NCBI GenBank assembly: GCA_963733195.1
Contig: CAVTCR010000073.1
Span: 32,001-96,000 of the forward strand
DNA length: 64,000 nucleotides
Direction: 5' to 3'
Origin: an uncultured delta proteobacterium
GTDB taxonomy: Bacteria > Desulfobacterota > Binatia > Bin18
Notes under the pieces: model-generated
Told to the model about the DNA's origin: nothing
The model's database searches: none
The model's input: only the letters and a program-made list of their open reading frames with translations
Program-made: the position numbers and the translations under genes
In this document: one piece after another, positions 1 to 9,766 of the stretch
Layout: the number at the start of each line of letters is the position of its first letter
Position numbering within the stretch: the first letter of the stretch is position 1

Positions 1-1
1 G

Positions 2-919
2 ATGCTCTACGATCCTCAGCAACACCGGCACTTAACCGATTGGTACGGAGAGGACCCAGGGGTCATACAACTCGCCAGTATCGCTATGGCGCTCTGGTAT
101 CTTGGCTATCCGGATCAAGCGATGCAGCGAGTCCATGAGCTGCTGACCCTGGCCCGGGCACTCGCTCATCCGTTCAGCGAGGCCGAAGCGCAGAACTTTA
201 CGGCGTTGATCTATCAATATCGCCGGGAGCCGTACGCAGTCCACCAGCACGCTGAGGCGCTCGTGACGGTATCAGTGGAGCAGGGGTTCGCCTTGTGGGG
301 AGCGGCGGGAATGATGATGCGGGGCTGGGCACTGATCGAGCAGGGGCAAGGAGAAGAAGGCATCAGGCAGATCGTCCAAGGTCTCGACGCCTTCCAGACT
401 ACCGGAGCAAAGCAGGGATTGCCGTACTACCTTGCTTTGCTGGCGCAGGCGTACGGAAGGGCCGGACAGGTCGAGCAGGGACTAGCCACGCTTGGGGAGG
501 CGCAGACGGTAATGGATGCGACTGGGGAACGGTACTTCGAGGCCGAGCTATATCGGATCAAAGGGCAATTCGTCTTAGCGTCCAGCGTCCGGAGTCCGGC
601 GTCCGAAAACCCCAGCCCCCAGCCCCTAACACCCGGCACCCAAGAAGAGGCGGAAGCCGAAGCATGTTTCCTCAAAGCCATTGACATCGCCCGTCAGCAA
701 CAAGCCAAATCCTGGGAGCTGCGCGCCGTCATGAGTCTCGTTCGACTACGACAACAGCAAGCGACGCAGTCCGAATCAGGTCCCACGCAACACGAAACAC
801 GTGCCAGACTCGACGAAGCACACAAGATGTTATCCGGGATTTTCAACTGGTTCACCGAAGGGTTCAACACAAAGGACTTGCAAGAGGCGAAGGCACTGAT
901 TGACGAATTGAGGCATTGA
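2..919 (+). CDS. C-terminal TPR region of an adenylate-cyclase/AAA-ATPase-type signalling protein (5' end outside window)
   Basis: TPR-like helices and the family signature AEACFLKAIDIARQQQAKSWELRAVMSL...WFTEGFNTKDLQEAKAL; ORF open at the window edge. Confidence 0.85.
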   Translation: MLYDPQQHRHLTDWYGEDPGVIQLASIAMALWYLGYPDQAMQRVHELLTLARALAHPFSEAEAQNFTALIYQYRREPYAVHQHAEALVTVSVEQGFALWGAAGMMMRGWALIEQGQGEEGIRQIVQGLDAFQTTGAKQGLPYYLALLAQAYGRAGQVEQGLATLGEAQTVMDATGERYFEAELYRIKGQFVLASSVRSPASENPSPQPLTPGTQEEAEAEACFLKAIDIARQQQAKSWELRAVMSLVRLRQQQATQSESGPTQHETRARLDEAHKMLSGIFNWFTEGFNTKDLQEAKALIDELRH

Positions 920-924
920 TCCTT

Positions 925-1806
925 ATGGATGAATCCTGGAAACACGGCTTTGCCCACGTAAATGGCGTTCGTCTCCATTATGTCACACAAGGAGAAGGCC
1001 CTTTGTTTGTTCTCCTCCATGGCTTTCCAGAGTTTTGGTACTCCTGGCGGCACCAGATTCCAGTGCTCGCGCAGCATTTCAAAGTCGTTGCTCCAGACCT
1101 TCGTGGCTACAACGACAGTGATAAGCCGGTCGGAGTTGCGAATTATCGTGTCGATACACTCACAGCTGACGTGATGGGTCTGATTCGTGCGTTTGGTGAA
1201 GAAAAGGCGGTCATCGTTGGTCATGACTGGGGAGGTGGCATTGCGTGGGTATTCGCGGCGGACTATCCGCAAGCGACCGAGCGACTCATTGTGATGAATT
1301 GCCCGCATCCCATGGCATTTCAGAAGCACCTGCGCACCAATCGCCGCCAACTGCGACGCAGTTGGTACATGTTCTTTTTTCAGATTCCCTGGCTACCGGA
1401 GATCGGCTTGCGGTTCACCGCGAAGCGATTTATTGAGCAGGCGTTCCGAGGGATGGCGATTCGTAAAGAAGCATTTCCAGATGAAGAACTCCGCCGCTAT
1501 GTCGAGGCGATACAAAAACCAGGCGCAGCGACGGCAGCAATCAACTATTATCGTGCCGCTTTTCGTGAGTCTGTCCGCAAAGGAGAACGACAGTTCGCCA
1601 AAATTACCTGCCCAACATTGCTCATCTGGGGTGAAGAAGATATCGCCCTCGGCAAAGAACTTACCTACGATATGGAGCAGTACTTCACTGATCGTTTCGA
1701 GATCAAATACATTCCGCGCTGTAGTCACTGGGTGCAACAAGAACAGCCTGAGTTAGTGAATCAGTACATGCTGGAATTCTTAGCGGATCTGATAGAGACG
1801 AAATGA
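925..1806 (+). CDS. Alpha/beta hydrolase, epoxide hydrolase-like
   Basis: HGFPE, DLRGYN, GHDWGG nucleophile motif and C-terminal SHWVQQE His; ATG at 925. Confidence 0.9.
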   Translation: MDESWKHGFAHVNGVRLHYVTQGEGPLFVLLHGFPEFWYSWRHQIPVLAQHFKVVAPDLRGYNDSDKPVGVANYRVDTLTADVMGLIRAFGEEKAVIVGHDWGGGIAWVFAADYPQATERLIVMNCPHPMAFQKHLRTNRRQLRRSWYMFFFQIPWLPEIGLRFTAKRFIEQAFRGMAIRKEAFPDEELRRYVEAIQKPGAATAAINYYRAAFRESVRKGERQFAKITCPTLLIWGEEDIALGKELTYDMEQYFTDRFEIKYIPRCSHWVQQEQPELVNQYMLEFLADLIETK

Positions 1807-1842
1807 GAGTGTTCCGCTTCGTTCGCAGTAACTACCCTCGGG

Positions 1843-1983
1843 GTCATTGCGAAGAGCCCTTCGACTTCGTTGCACTACGCTCAGGACAGGCTCCGCGACG
1901 AAGCAATCTCGTCGACATGATATCCTCCCACAGAGATTGCTTCGCGCAGTTTATCCTGAGCTTGACGAAGGGCTCGCAATGAC
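1843..1983. repeat. Palindromic REP/RPE-like element
   Basis: GTCATTGCG...GAAGCAATCTC / GAGATTGCTTC...CGCAATGAC nested inverted repeats, with CCCTTCG/CGAAGGG and CTCAGGA/TCCTGAG inner arms, between convergent genes. Confidence 0.8.
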
Positions 1984-2011
1984 AACCCCTCATCTTCACG
2001 TGGACGGAGTA

Positions 2012-3311
2012 CTAGTCCGGCCGCCGGGTGCTTTTCTGATAGGCGCGGAGAAATTCGTCCCATTTGGTCTTCTTAGTGAAGTCGAGCGTTGCATAGAGAG
2101 GGGAGATACTTCTCTCTGGAAAGTAAATGGACACTCCATGTGAGTTTGCCATTTTTTCTCCTTTGTGGGCATTCCTCAATGACAAACTTATTTGTTGAGA
2201 TTATCTCTTTCACCTGCCGACAGGCGGATTGGATTCCGGCATTTTGGCTTTGGCTCCCAGTAAATCGCAGAGATCATACAGATCGATATACTCTATGGTG
2301 TCATAGGACTGAACTTGGCGGCGCACCTGCAGCAGCGCGGCTTTCTCGGCGCTATTCGTCAACTGAGTTAGTCAGCGTTTTTGCTAGACTGTTGACCGCT
2401 TCAGCCATCGTGTGGCTTTACCCAGATCACAGGCTGATTGTGTTACGTCATACCCTGATCCGTATGAGACGATGTACTTCTTGACGATCGTACTGGCGAG
2501 CTCTTGTGCGGTCATCGTCGGCTTTTTGACCAAGGTACTCAGTACCGTGTCATAAGGCCAGCCGTCGCCAGGCTCAAGTTCTTCGGAACCGACAGTGATT
2601 CCCACACTCCCACGGACCTGATACCCGACCTCTAACATGCTCATCAAACATGCATCCATCCCGAGGATGTCGATCTTGCGTCCGAGGGCTTTTGTGGTCG
2701 AAGCGAGAATCTTCTTGATTTCGATATTGTCGAGAAAATCTTTGGAGGTGTCGTCAAATGCGATCGCTCGGTTTTGTTTGCCTGGACTTACTGCTTTCTC
2801 GATAGAGGAGCGAAACAGCGCACGCCGAAAGCGCTTACTGCCTACGATTCGAACTCGACGAAGCGAGATCGCACCTCTTGCCGTCCCCTGTGCCGGTACG
2901 ACCGTAGTGCCACGCCGTTTATATTGAGATGCAAAGATTGGCGTACTACACGATAAATATCGGTGTCATCCCATCCTGATCCATGATTCCACAACACCAG
3001 CATGTAACGTTTGGCAGGGTATGTCTTTATTCCCCATTGAACAAAACTTTCCAACACCTTGGGGTCACCCATGTTGGTTTCGCCCAAGTTGCCACCACAT
3101 CTTTAGCGGGCGTCCCACCTTTACGAATATAGTAACGCTTTGTCGCGACATTCGCGCCTGAACGGTCGAACTGCGCCAAAATATTGACGTGATCTGTCGA
3201 GCCTACCTTCTTCATTTCCTCTAGATCCGTCACTCCAGCGCCATCAAGATTATTGTCTCCGGCGAGATACACCATGATCGTCCATTGTTTTTCCGTCGAT
3301 GCACTTGCCAT
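2012..3311 (-). pseudogene. Clostripain-family (C11) cysteine peptidase split by several frameshifts (possibly sequencing errors)
   Basis: Consecutive frames give [28 protein letters not shown] (catalytic His), IAFDD, ILGMDACLM (catalytic Cys), SEELEPGDGWPY, YIDLYD, GVSIYFP; stop TAG at 2012-2014. Confidence 0.8.
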
Positions 3312-3380
3312 ACCTCTTCCTCCTTATGCTTTTTGTCTCTGCAATCTCCTGAATAAGATCTGCAATCCTGTCTTACCTTA

Positions 3381-3396
3381 AGCAGAAAAAATGCCA
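3381..3396 (-). promoter_or_regulatory. Candidate sigma54 -24/-12 promoter for the clostripain-like gene
   Basis: Minus strand TGGCAT-TTTTT-CTGCT (GG-N10-GC), 70 nt upstream of the ATG. Confidence 0.5.
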
Positions 3397-3579
3397 TATC
3401 TTTTGGTGCCTGAGGTAATTCTATACGGACGGGTAAAAGTAAGAGAACAAGGTAAACCGGGCAGTAAAACAGGACAAAGCGACTGAAGTGAGGGCAATCC
3501 CTATTTTCTCAATAAGAACGTCGCGAAAAATCCGTTGTTCAGATGTCAACAAAAGTTGACATCTGAACATGGTGGTACA

Positions 3580-4746
3580 TTATGCCTCGCGAAAAGCAAA
3601 CTGTGGATCCGCCGCCCGAACGTAAGCTTCAGGCAATCCCAGTTCTTTCCGCACGATATTAGTGCCTTGGACTAGAGCAACGCATTTATAAAAGGCAATG
3701 CGACGCGAGAGTCCTTCGCGGCCAAATCCGCAGTCAGCGGTGATGATCAACCGCTCCGGGGGAACGTACTCTAACGCTTTACGAATGAGATCGGCAATCA
3801 TCTGCGGCGGCTCGACCGTAGTCATGGTGTGATTGATGACGCCGATGGCGATCTTTTTGTCCGTCTTGTGATGTTTGAGTAATGGTAAGTCGCGTCCGTG
3901 ATTGCTGGAACATTCCAGTGTGAGTACGTCAGCATTGAGGGCGAGCAGATAGGGAAGGGACCGTTCATAGCTTGGTCGCTCCCAGTAAAAGCTCTGTTGG
4001 TTCGGATTACCCCAACACGTGTGTGCCCAGATTTCGGTGTTGACGCCCTCAATCTCACGGTTGAAGGCTTTGGTGTAGAATTCCAGGTCTTTATCCGTTG
4101 CCGGAGGAGTCGCACAGCATGCGAAATGATGTGGTGGTTCCTCGACTTGAATCAATGGACAACCTGCAGCCGCGAGTTCACGCAGCTCTTCGTTCAGCGC
4201 TGTAGCTAAATCCATCACCAGGTCTTGGTCATTCTTATAATGTTCGTCCCACAGCATTATCGGTAGACAGGTCGCGCTAATCGAGCCGAATTTCACCGGT
4301 CGGTCGGTCATCTTCTGCGCTGTTTTCCATACCGCAGCAAAATGCAGTGGTCCACGTGTGATTTTCCCGGTCACAGCTGGCGGGTGATACGCTTCTTGCA
4401 CTTCGTACAAGATGTGGCCAGGCTTAATATCGGCTAATTCAAGGAAGTGAGAGGAATCCCGAAATCCGCCGATGCCGTTCAAGCGCTCGATAGTATAGAA
4501 AAACCATGAGCGTCCACCAACCTCCAAGTCAAAGCGTGAGTCACCATCGGTGAGAATATCGAGTCCCGCACGTTCCTGTTCGTTGATATAACATGCCACT
4601 GCGTCCATATACTGCTCACGATAGAGTGAATCGCCAAGGGCAACTTTGAACGGACGCCCACGGAGACTTTCGGTAAACCATGATGGACGAGGGAATGAGC
4701 CGACCATTGCTGTTGGTAGTATTTTGTCTTTCGTTGCGACAAACAT
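3580..4746 (-). CDS. Cobalamin-independent methionine synthase II family protein (catalytic domain only)
   Basis: VGSFPRP, GLDILTDGD, zinc ligands HTCWGN, E and TADCG; RBS AAGGAGG upstream. Confidence 0.85.
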   Translation of the reverse strand: MFVATKDKILPTAMVGSFPRPSWFTESLRGRPFKVALGDSLYREQYMDAVACYINEQERAGLDILTDGDSRFDLEVGGRSWFFYTIERLNGIGGFRDSSHFLELADIKPGHILYEVQEAYHPPAVTGKITRGPLHFAAVWKTAQKMTDRPVKFGSISATCLPIMLWDEHYKNDQDLVMDLATALNEELRELAAAGCPLIQVEEPPHHFACCATPPATDKDLEFYTKAFNREIEGVNTEIWAHTCWGNPNQQSFYWERPSYERSLPYLLALNADVLTLECSSNHGRDLPLLKHHKTDKKIAIGVINHTMTTVEPPQMIADLIRKALEYVPPERLIITADCGFGREGLSRRIAFYKCVALVQGTNIVRKELGLPEAYVRAADPQFAFREA

Positions 4747-4839
4747 CACTTGCCCTCCTTTCGTAGCGTGAAGAATCATACACTAAAGAAGGTAAGAGAC
4801 AGAGAGAGGAGACTTGAGACAGGGATAGAGCAGGAACAC

Positions 4840-4915
4840 GTGAAGCGTGAAACGTGATAGGTAAAACGTGAGGCGTGAGGTGTGATGGTGAGGCGTGAAA
4901 CGTGATAGGTAAAAA
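4840..4915. repeat. Heptamer tandem repeat array (GTGAAAC-like)
   Basis: gtgaagc gtgaaac gtgatag gtaaaac gtgaggc...; 22-bp direct repeat at 4845-4866 and 4893-4914. Confidence 0.85.
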
Positions 4916-5061
4916 GGAGGTCCCTTGGACTTCGGACTTTGCCTTCTTGTTCCCTATTCATCATTCTGCATTCCGCATTCACCATTTTTTTGACCTTAGA
5001 CTTTGAACCCTGGACTTGGTAAGAGTTACAAATCAGAACCCTGAAAAATAAGGAGCGCGTT

Positions 5062-5946
5062 ATGCTGCGTGGCGTATTCTCAGCGATGATCACCCCGTTC
5101 GATAAGAACGAGAACATAGACGAGAAAGGCGTTGAGACGTTGATCAACTGGTCAATCAGCAAAGGGATCAACGGCGTCTTCATGGCGGCGAGTACGGGTG
5201 AGTCGTGGGCGTTGAGCTTCGAGGAAAAAGTTCGTCTGTTTCAACTCGCGGTAGCAATAGTGAAGAAGCGAGTATCCGTTATTGCGGGCGTCGGGGTGCC
5301 ATCAACCCGTGAAGCAATTCACCTCGCTGAAGCCGCGCAAGCAGCCGGAGTCGATTACCTGTGTGCCGTGCCGCCGAGTTTCGTCAAACCAACCCAGGAT
5401 GAGATAATTACGCACTACAGCGCGCTTTTACAAGCGACCTCGGTTCCGATGATTCTCTACAATATTCCGATGTTGGTCGGGAACGTGCTTGGAACACCAG
5501 CCGTGAGAATGTTGGCTGAGCGATTTCCCCAGATCGTTGGGATCAAAGAGAGTAGCGGTGATCTTACGTTGCTGAATGATCTGATGTTGCAACGCCGCCC
5601 AGATTTTAGCGTGCTGCCGGGAATTGATACATTAGTACTTCCCGGTTTGTTTGCTGGCAGTCAAGGAGCGATTCTCGGCAGCGCGAATGTCTGTCCGGAA
5701 CTCGCGCTTGAGATTGTGAAATTATTCGATGCCGGGCGTTATCAAGAAGCCTGGGCTGGGCAAAATCGTCTCACCCGGTTCTGGATTGCAACCGGCCTTG
5801 GTTCATTTCCTGCAGCAGTGAAAGCTGGGGTTGAACTGCTTGGCCTTCCGGCGGGACCACCGCGACGACCTGTAGCACCGCTTGCTGCTGACAAGCGTGA
5901 AGCATTGCGACAAGAGTTGCGAGCGATGGGAGTGCGTAGAATGTAG
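5062..5946 (+). CDS. Dihydrodipicolinate synthase/N-acetylneuraminate lyase family aldolase
   Basis: ITPFD, ASTGE, LYNIP, Schiff-base GIKESSGD. Confidence 0.9.
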   Translation: MLRGVFSAMITPFDKNENIDEKGVETLINWSISKGINGVFMAASTGESWALSFEEKVRLFQLAVAIVKKRVSVIAGVGVPSTREAIHLAEAAQAAGVDYLCAVPPSFVKPTQDEIITHYSALLQATSVPMILYNIPMLVGNVLGTPAVRMLAERFPQIVGIKESSGDLTLLNDLMLQRRPDFSVLPGIDTLVLPGLFAGSQGAILGSANVCPELALEIVKLFDAGRYQEAWAGQNRLTRFWIATGLGSFPAAVKAGVELLGLPAGPPRRPVAPLAADKREALRQELRAMGVRRM

Positions 5947-6087
5947 TGCTGAATACGTGAATTGAGAGAGGGCAGAGTGTCAGTGTACGAAAGAGAGCGT
6001 TCCATTCGGACATCGCTTGCGCGATTCATGGTTACTGATAACTGTCCACTCGTTTGCCTGCTTGCGATAAGCGGAGTGCGTTAGCTG

Positions 6088-6462
6088 ATGGGTATGACAA
6101 ACAAAAAAGCCGACCCATACGTCAACCTCGGAGAATTTATTCGCCGTCAGCGGGAGTTAGCGCAACTGTCTATTCGCCAACTGGCAGACATATGTGGGAT
6201 CTCGAATCCGTATCTCAGCCAGATTGAGCGCGGGCTACGCACGCCGAGCAGTATGATTCTGCAATCGATCTCCAAAGGGCTCCGCCTCTCTGCTGAAACA
6301 CTGTACGCCCAAGCCGGGATTCTCGATCCCGAAGAGGTTGAAGAGAGCGATGTGATCAAATCGGTCATGCGCGATCCCTACCTGTCTGCGCGCCAGCGTG
6401 AGATGATGATCGATATGTATCGCTCGTTCCGCAAGGTCAATGAAACGACTGAACCCTCCTAA
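6088..6462 (+). CDS. XRE-family HTH regulator, Rv0474/MLDSR-like
   Basis: GEFIRRQRE..SIRQLA...SNPYLSQIERGLRTPS...SAETLYAQAGIL closely follows the actinobacterial Rv0474 family pattern. Confidence 0.8.
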   Translation: MGMTNKKADPYVNLGEFIRRQRELAQLSIRQLADICGISNPYLSQIERGLRTPSSMILQSISKGLRLSAETLYAQAGILDPEEVEESDVIKSVMRDPYLSARQREMMIDMYRSFRKVNETTEPS

Positions 6463-6508
6463 TTCTGCCGAATTGGTCACCTGGGTGACAGAAATTGTCG
6501 GTTTGAAT

Positions 6509-6522
6509 GCTTGCAAAAGTTA
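6509..6522 (+). promoter_or_regulatory. Candidate operator GCTTGCAAAAGTTA
   Basis: Exact 14-mer repeated on the minus strand at 9730-9743; quasi-palindromic GCTTGC-N4-GTTAGC. Confidence 0.5.
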
Positions 6523-6594
6523 GCGTTGTGAGTTAGCATACTCTTCTGACGGTAGCGACTATCAGCTATCGAAAAATCAGAGGAGGACGAATCT

Positions 6595-6924
6595 ATGACA
6601 GCAAGCACCAAAATCAACAATCCGTTCGAGAAACTGTTCGACAACGCTGCAAATAACCCGTTTATTAAGTTGCTAAGCGAAGTGAACGCTCCGCTGTGCA
6701 GTTCGTGGAAAGAAACTGCAGCACAGTACCTTAATGCCAGCGAAGAGTGGGCTGAGAAAGCGTTGGAGTGGAACACTAAGGCCACTGCCTGGGCCAAAGA
6801 GACCCCGCTCGCCTCGGTGTTTGAGACACAGCGTAACCTGACCTCGCAAGCGGTGGAAAACTCGCTGACCCTGGCACGCCGCTTCTGGAAGATTGATGAG
6901 AAAAGTGAAAAGAAGGCTGCGTAG
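6595..6924 (+). CDS. Small amphipathic helical protein, phasin/lipid-body protein-like
   Basis: RBS GAGGAGG, 109 aa Ala/Glu/Trp-rich helical sequence; context next to an Rv0474-like regulator and near phaC. Confidence 0.5.
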   Translation: MTASTKINNPFEKLFDNAANNPFIKLLSEVNAPLCSSWKETAAQYLNASEEWAEKALEWNTKATAWAKETPLASVFETQRNLTSQAVENSLTLARRFWKIDEKSEKKAA

Positions 6925-7128
6925 TTGAAGAAAGACTACGGGAGTCAGCATTTCTAGCACGCCTTGCTTGTCTCCCGTACTACCGCAGAAGCATTTCCGC
7001 TCACCCTGAGCATAGCCGCTGTGGTGGCGAAGGCGAAGATCTCAAACCGAGCACTAACGGTGCTGTCGGTTGTACTGCACGCGTGAGAGTGCCCTGTTTC
7101 CCCCTGGCTTCTGAATGGCGGTTCTCCC

Positions 7129-7833
7129 TTATAGCTTGATTCCTACTATTTCTTGTAATCGCTCTGTAACGACAATGAGCCGACGGCCATCGCGGAGGAT
7201 AGCCTCTTGCCGTTCGAGATCCTTCAAGTGCTCCGTCACTTTTTGTCGAGAGGCCCCCACCAAGTTGGCAAGATCTTCATGGGTCAGTTGAAGGATTACG
7301 ATGGTTCCCCGTGCATCTTGGACGCCAAACTTGCGAGCTAACTCCAGCAGGGCGAATGCCAATCGTTGCGGAAGGTTGAGACCCTGAAAGTGAGTGTAGC
7401 GATAGAGGAGGTCCTCCCACCGACTGACCGTGCTGCCCATCAAGGCGCTGAAATCGCTAAACGAGATCCCGAGAAGCGTGCTCACAAACTTATCGGTAGG
7501 TATTGTTGCTATCCAACACTCGCTGAACGCTTGACATTGGAATCCACGAGTCATTCCAGACATGAGTGACGAGATTCCGAAAAACTCGCCCGGCGCGATC
7601 AGACTGACAAGCACTTCTTCTCCGCCCCCGCTTGGCCGCGAGAGTTTTGCTGCTCCTGCAATTAAGAGATACAGAGATTTTGAGGCTTCACCTTCACTGA
7701 ACAGCAACATCTGACGTTCAACATGCTGAAGGGAGAAGTAGGGGAGTAATTGTTCGAGCTGGTGATCGGTGGCCCAAGGGAGCGCTTTCAAACGGCGGAG
7801 GGTCGTGACGTTTAAAACCGGAGTACGAGCCAT
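7129..7833 (-). CDS. Crp/Fnr family transcriptional regulator
   Basis: cNMP-binding region (PGEFFG) and HTH LTHEDLANLVGASRQKVT. Confidence 0.9.
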   Translation of the reverse strand: MARTPVLNVTTLRRLKALPWATDHQLEQLLPYFSLQHVERQMLLFSEGEASKSLYLLIAGAAKLSRPSGGGEEVLVSLIAPGEFFGISSLMSGMTRGFQCQAFSECWIATIPTDKFVSTLLGISFSDFSALMGSTVSRWEDLLYRYTHFQGLNLPQRLAFALLELARKFGVQDARGTIVILQLTHEDLANLVGASRQKVTEHLKDLERQEAILRDGRRLIVVTERLQEIVGIKL

Positions 7834-8048
7834 ACGCTGTGCAATTCGTTAACCAGTGTCTGGTTCTTTTGTCACGAAGATGGCAACAATGCAAATGTTT
7901 GTCCAGTAACCAAGAGATTAGTTCTGTTGTCGGGCTTCGGCAAGAGCAAACGTAGACCTGGCTTTGCTTTCATTGTAAAATCCCTCGCCGTAAGCCGGAT
8001 TATCTTGTGATGCGTGGTTTAGACAACACAACTAAATGGAGGATTGGC

Positions 8049-8483
8049 ATGTTTAAGGTGAGGTCTGCTTTCCCATTACTATGGACGATAGTTTTGAGTT
8101 GTGCCCTGACGTGGGGCTGTGGCAAGGACGCGACGATCGAAGCGAAAGAGAAACAGGCTATTCAACTGGTCCAAGCTTCCAAAGTCTCTACCGATGCTTT
8201 CAGTGTCATCTCGAATATCCAGAAGAAAACCGACGAAGACAATCGAGCAGGAAACAAATGGGAGAGCGACAAATGGGAGGCTGGCCTTCCTTCACAGAAA
8301 GACCTGATGATGGAGAAGCTCAGTCAATACTTCAATGTGTTCCGACCCTCTGGCGATTACTGGGTGAAGTTTGCCTATAAAGATAAAGACGGCATGCACG
8401 AAGGGATGTGGGATGTGAACATCTACTCCAAGAAAGTCACGCCTAAAAATGAGCTTGCGCAGCAGTTGGCGAAGGGATCGTAA
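8049..8483 (+). CDS. Hypothetical lipoprotein
   Basis: Signal peptide ending in lipobox-like LTWGC. Confidence 0.6.
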   Translation: MFKVRSAFPLLWTIVLSCALTWGCGKDATIEAKEKQAIQLVQASKVSTDAFSVISNIQKKTDEDNRAGNKWESDKWEAGLPSQKDLMMEKLSQYFNVFRPSGDYWVKFAYKDKDGMHEGMWDVNIYSKKVTPKNELAQQLAKGS

Positions 8484-8708
8484 GTTGCTCGTTTCCCCAT
8501 GCGAGATGAAATACGGAGCAGAGCAATGTTCTGTTCCGTTTCCTCCGGCGTTACCCCTTGACGGTCATCGATCTACCGCAGTGATGAAGGATATCCTGTT
8601 CTCCACAGGTTGGTCCCATCCAACATACCAGTTTTTCTTTGTTGTCAACCTTGTCTTTATGCATCGGCTGACCGCAGTGGAACGGCATGGGAAGTTTTTG
8701 TCCGCACT

Positions 8709-9548
8709 TCATACAATAGGGGGATGCCATGCGTCTTCCCCTGAGCGACGGTTCGGGCGTCGACTTGATTTTTTTACTTCTGGGGCAGGTACGGCAAGAA
8801 GGTCCGCGAGGATACGATACACTGCAGGATTCACAATCAAGCTAACGTGTCGCCCAGAAACCTCGAGGTTTGCGCCTTGTGGGTCAATGCAGGCCCGCCA
8901 ATCGATAACTTCGTCCTGCTTAGTGAAAATTGACGTGAACTTCCGTCCTGTAGGGAGCGCAGCCGAAACTGTCCGAGCAAACTGACAGCTACACTGCTGA
9001 CTACCACAGGTTGGGGGTGTTGCTTTACGCCGCATACGAACGCTTTGCAAAACGCGAAAAGTGGACAGGACAAACGGATTCACTCGTAGTGTTCCATCGA
9101 TGGGTGAGCCGATGGCAACAGCCTGACTCACATGCTCAGGAAAATTAACGCTGAGGGAGCGCGCGAGCATGCCACCTAAACTGTGGCCGATGACGGTGAT
9201 TGGGTGCTCGGTTTCTTGCGCGATCTGATCGAGGCGCCACCCCAATAGCTCTGAGGTAAGGTTTGGACAATCGACATTCCAGTTGATGCCTGAAAAGTAC
9301 GCGCGATAGCCAAGACGATTCAACCATCCGGCCATGAGCGTCATCATCCAGTCACCAGTAAAAAAGCCTGGAATAAGCAGGACGGGTTGCCCGTTCCCGC
9401 GTTGCACCTGTCTCCCATGATACACCGGACTACACAGGAGGGTACTAAGTTGGCAGAGATAATCTGGATATGCCGTCGTGAGTCTGAGGAACATCAGGGT
9501 TGCCCTTTCTACCGAGGAGGGTTGATGATGATACGGTAAGTCCCGCAC
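8709..9548 (-). CDS. Alpha/beta-fold lipase/esterase
   Basis: PVLLIPGF, GHSLGG, DEVI Asp and GRHVSL His; exact start uncertain. Confidence 0.8.
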   Translation of the reverse strand: MRDLPYHHQPSSVERATLMFLRLTTAYPDYLCQLSTLLCSPVYHGRQVQRGNGQPVLLIPGFFTGDWMMTLMAGWLNRLGYRAYFSGINWNVDCPNLTSELLGWRLDQIAQETEHPITVIGHSLGGMLARSLSVNFPEHVSQAVAIGSPIDGTLRVNPFVLSTFRVLQSVRMRRKATPPTCGSQQCSCQFARTVSAALPTGRKFTSIFTKQDEVIDWRACIDPQGANLEVSGRHVSLIVNPAVYRILADLLAVPAPEVKKSSRRPNRRSGEDAWHPPIV

Positions 9549-9729
9549 CTAGGAGGAAAAACGAAAGGGGGAACGAAAAGTTGCAGCTGGGCCTGCTCGA
9601 AGATGGCGTTACTGCAGTGTTGGGGAAGGGACTCGCTTCCAACCTGTTGCTGTGTCATAACCTCTGCCTTAATAGAGAGAACCTCTCTATTCTCAAACTA
9701 ACAAATTTTCCTCTGCTAGCAATAGGCGG

Positions 9730-9743
9730 TAACTTTTGCAAGC
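9730..9743 (-). promoter_or_regulatory. Second copy of candidate operator GCTTGCAAAAGTTA
   Basis: Plus strand taacttttgcaagc in the divergent lipase/GST intergenic region. Confidence 0.5.
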
Positions 9744-9766
9744 GGGGTACGTAAGGAAGGAGCAGT

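Noticed and set aside
1847-2143. ORFs spanning the palindromic element
   Set aside because: Read-through of REP-like DNA overlapping the 3' end of the clostripain gene.
4776-5183. 135-aa ORF with FTYHVSR repeats
   Set aside because: Translation of the heptamer array plus the antisense of the DHDPS-family gene.
5062-5946. Assigning the symbol dapA
   Set aside because: Motif deviations (ASTGE, no Arg after YNIP) suggest a non-DapA family member.
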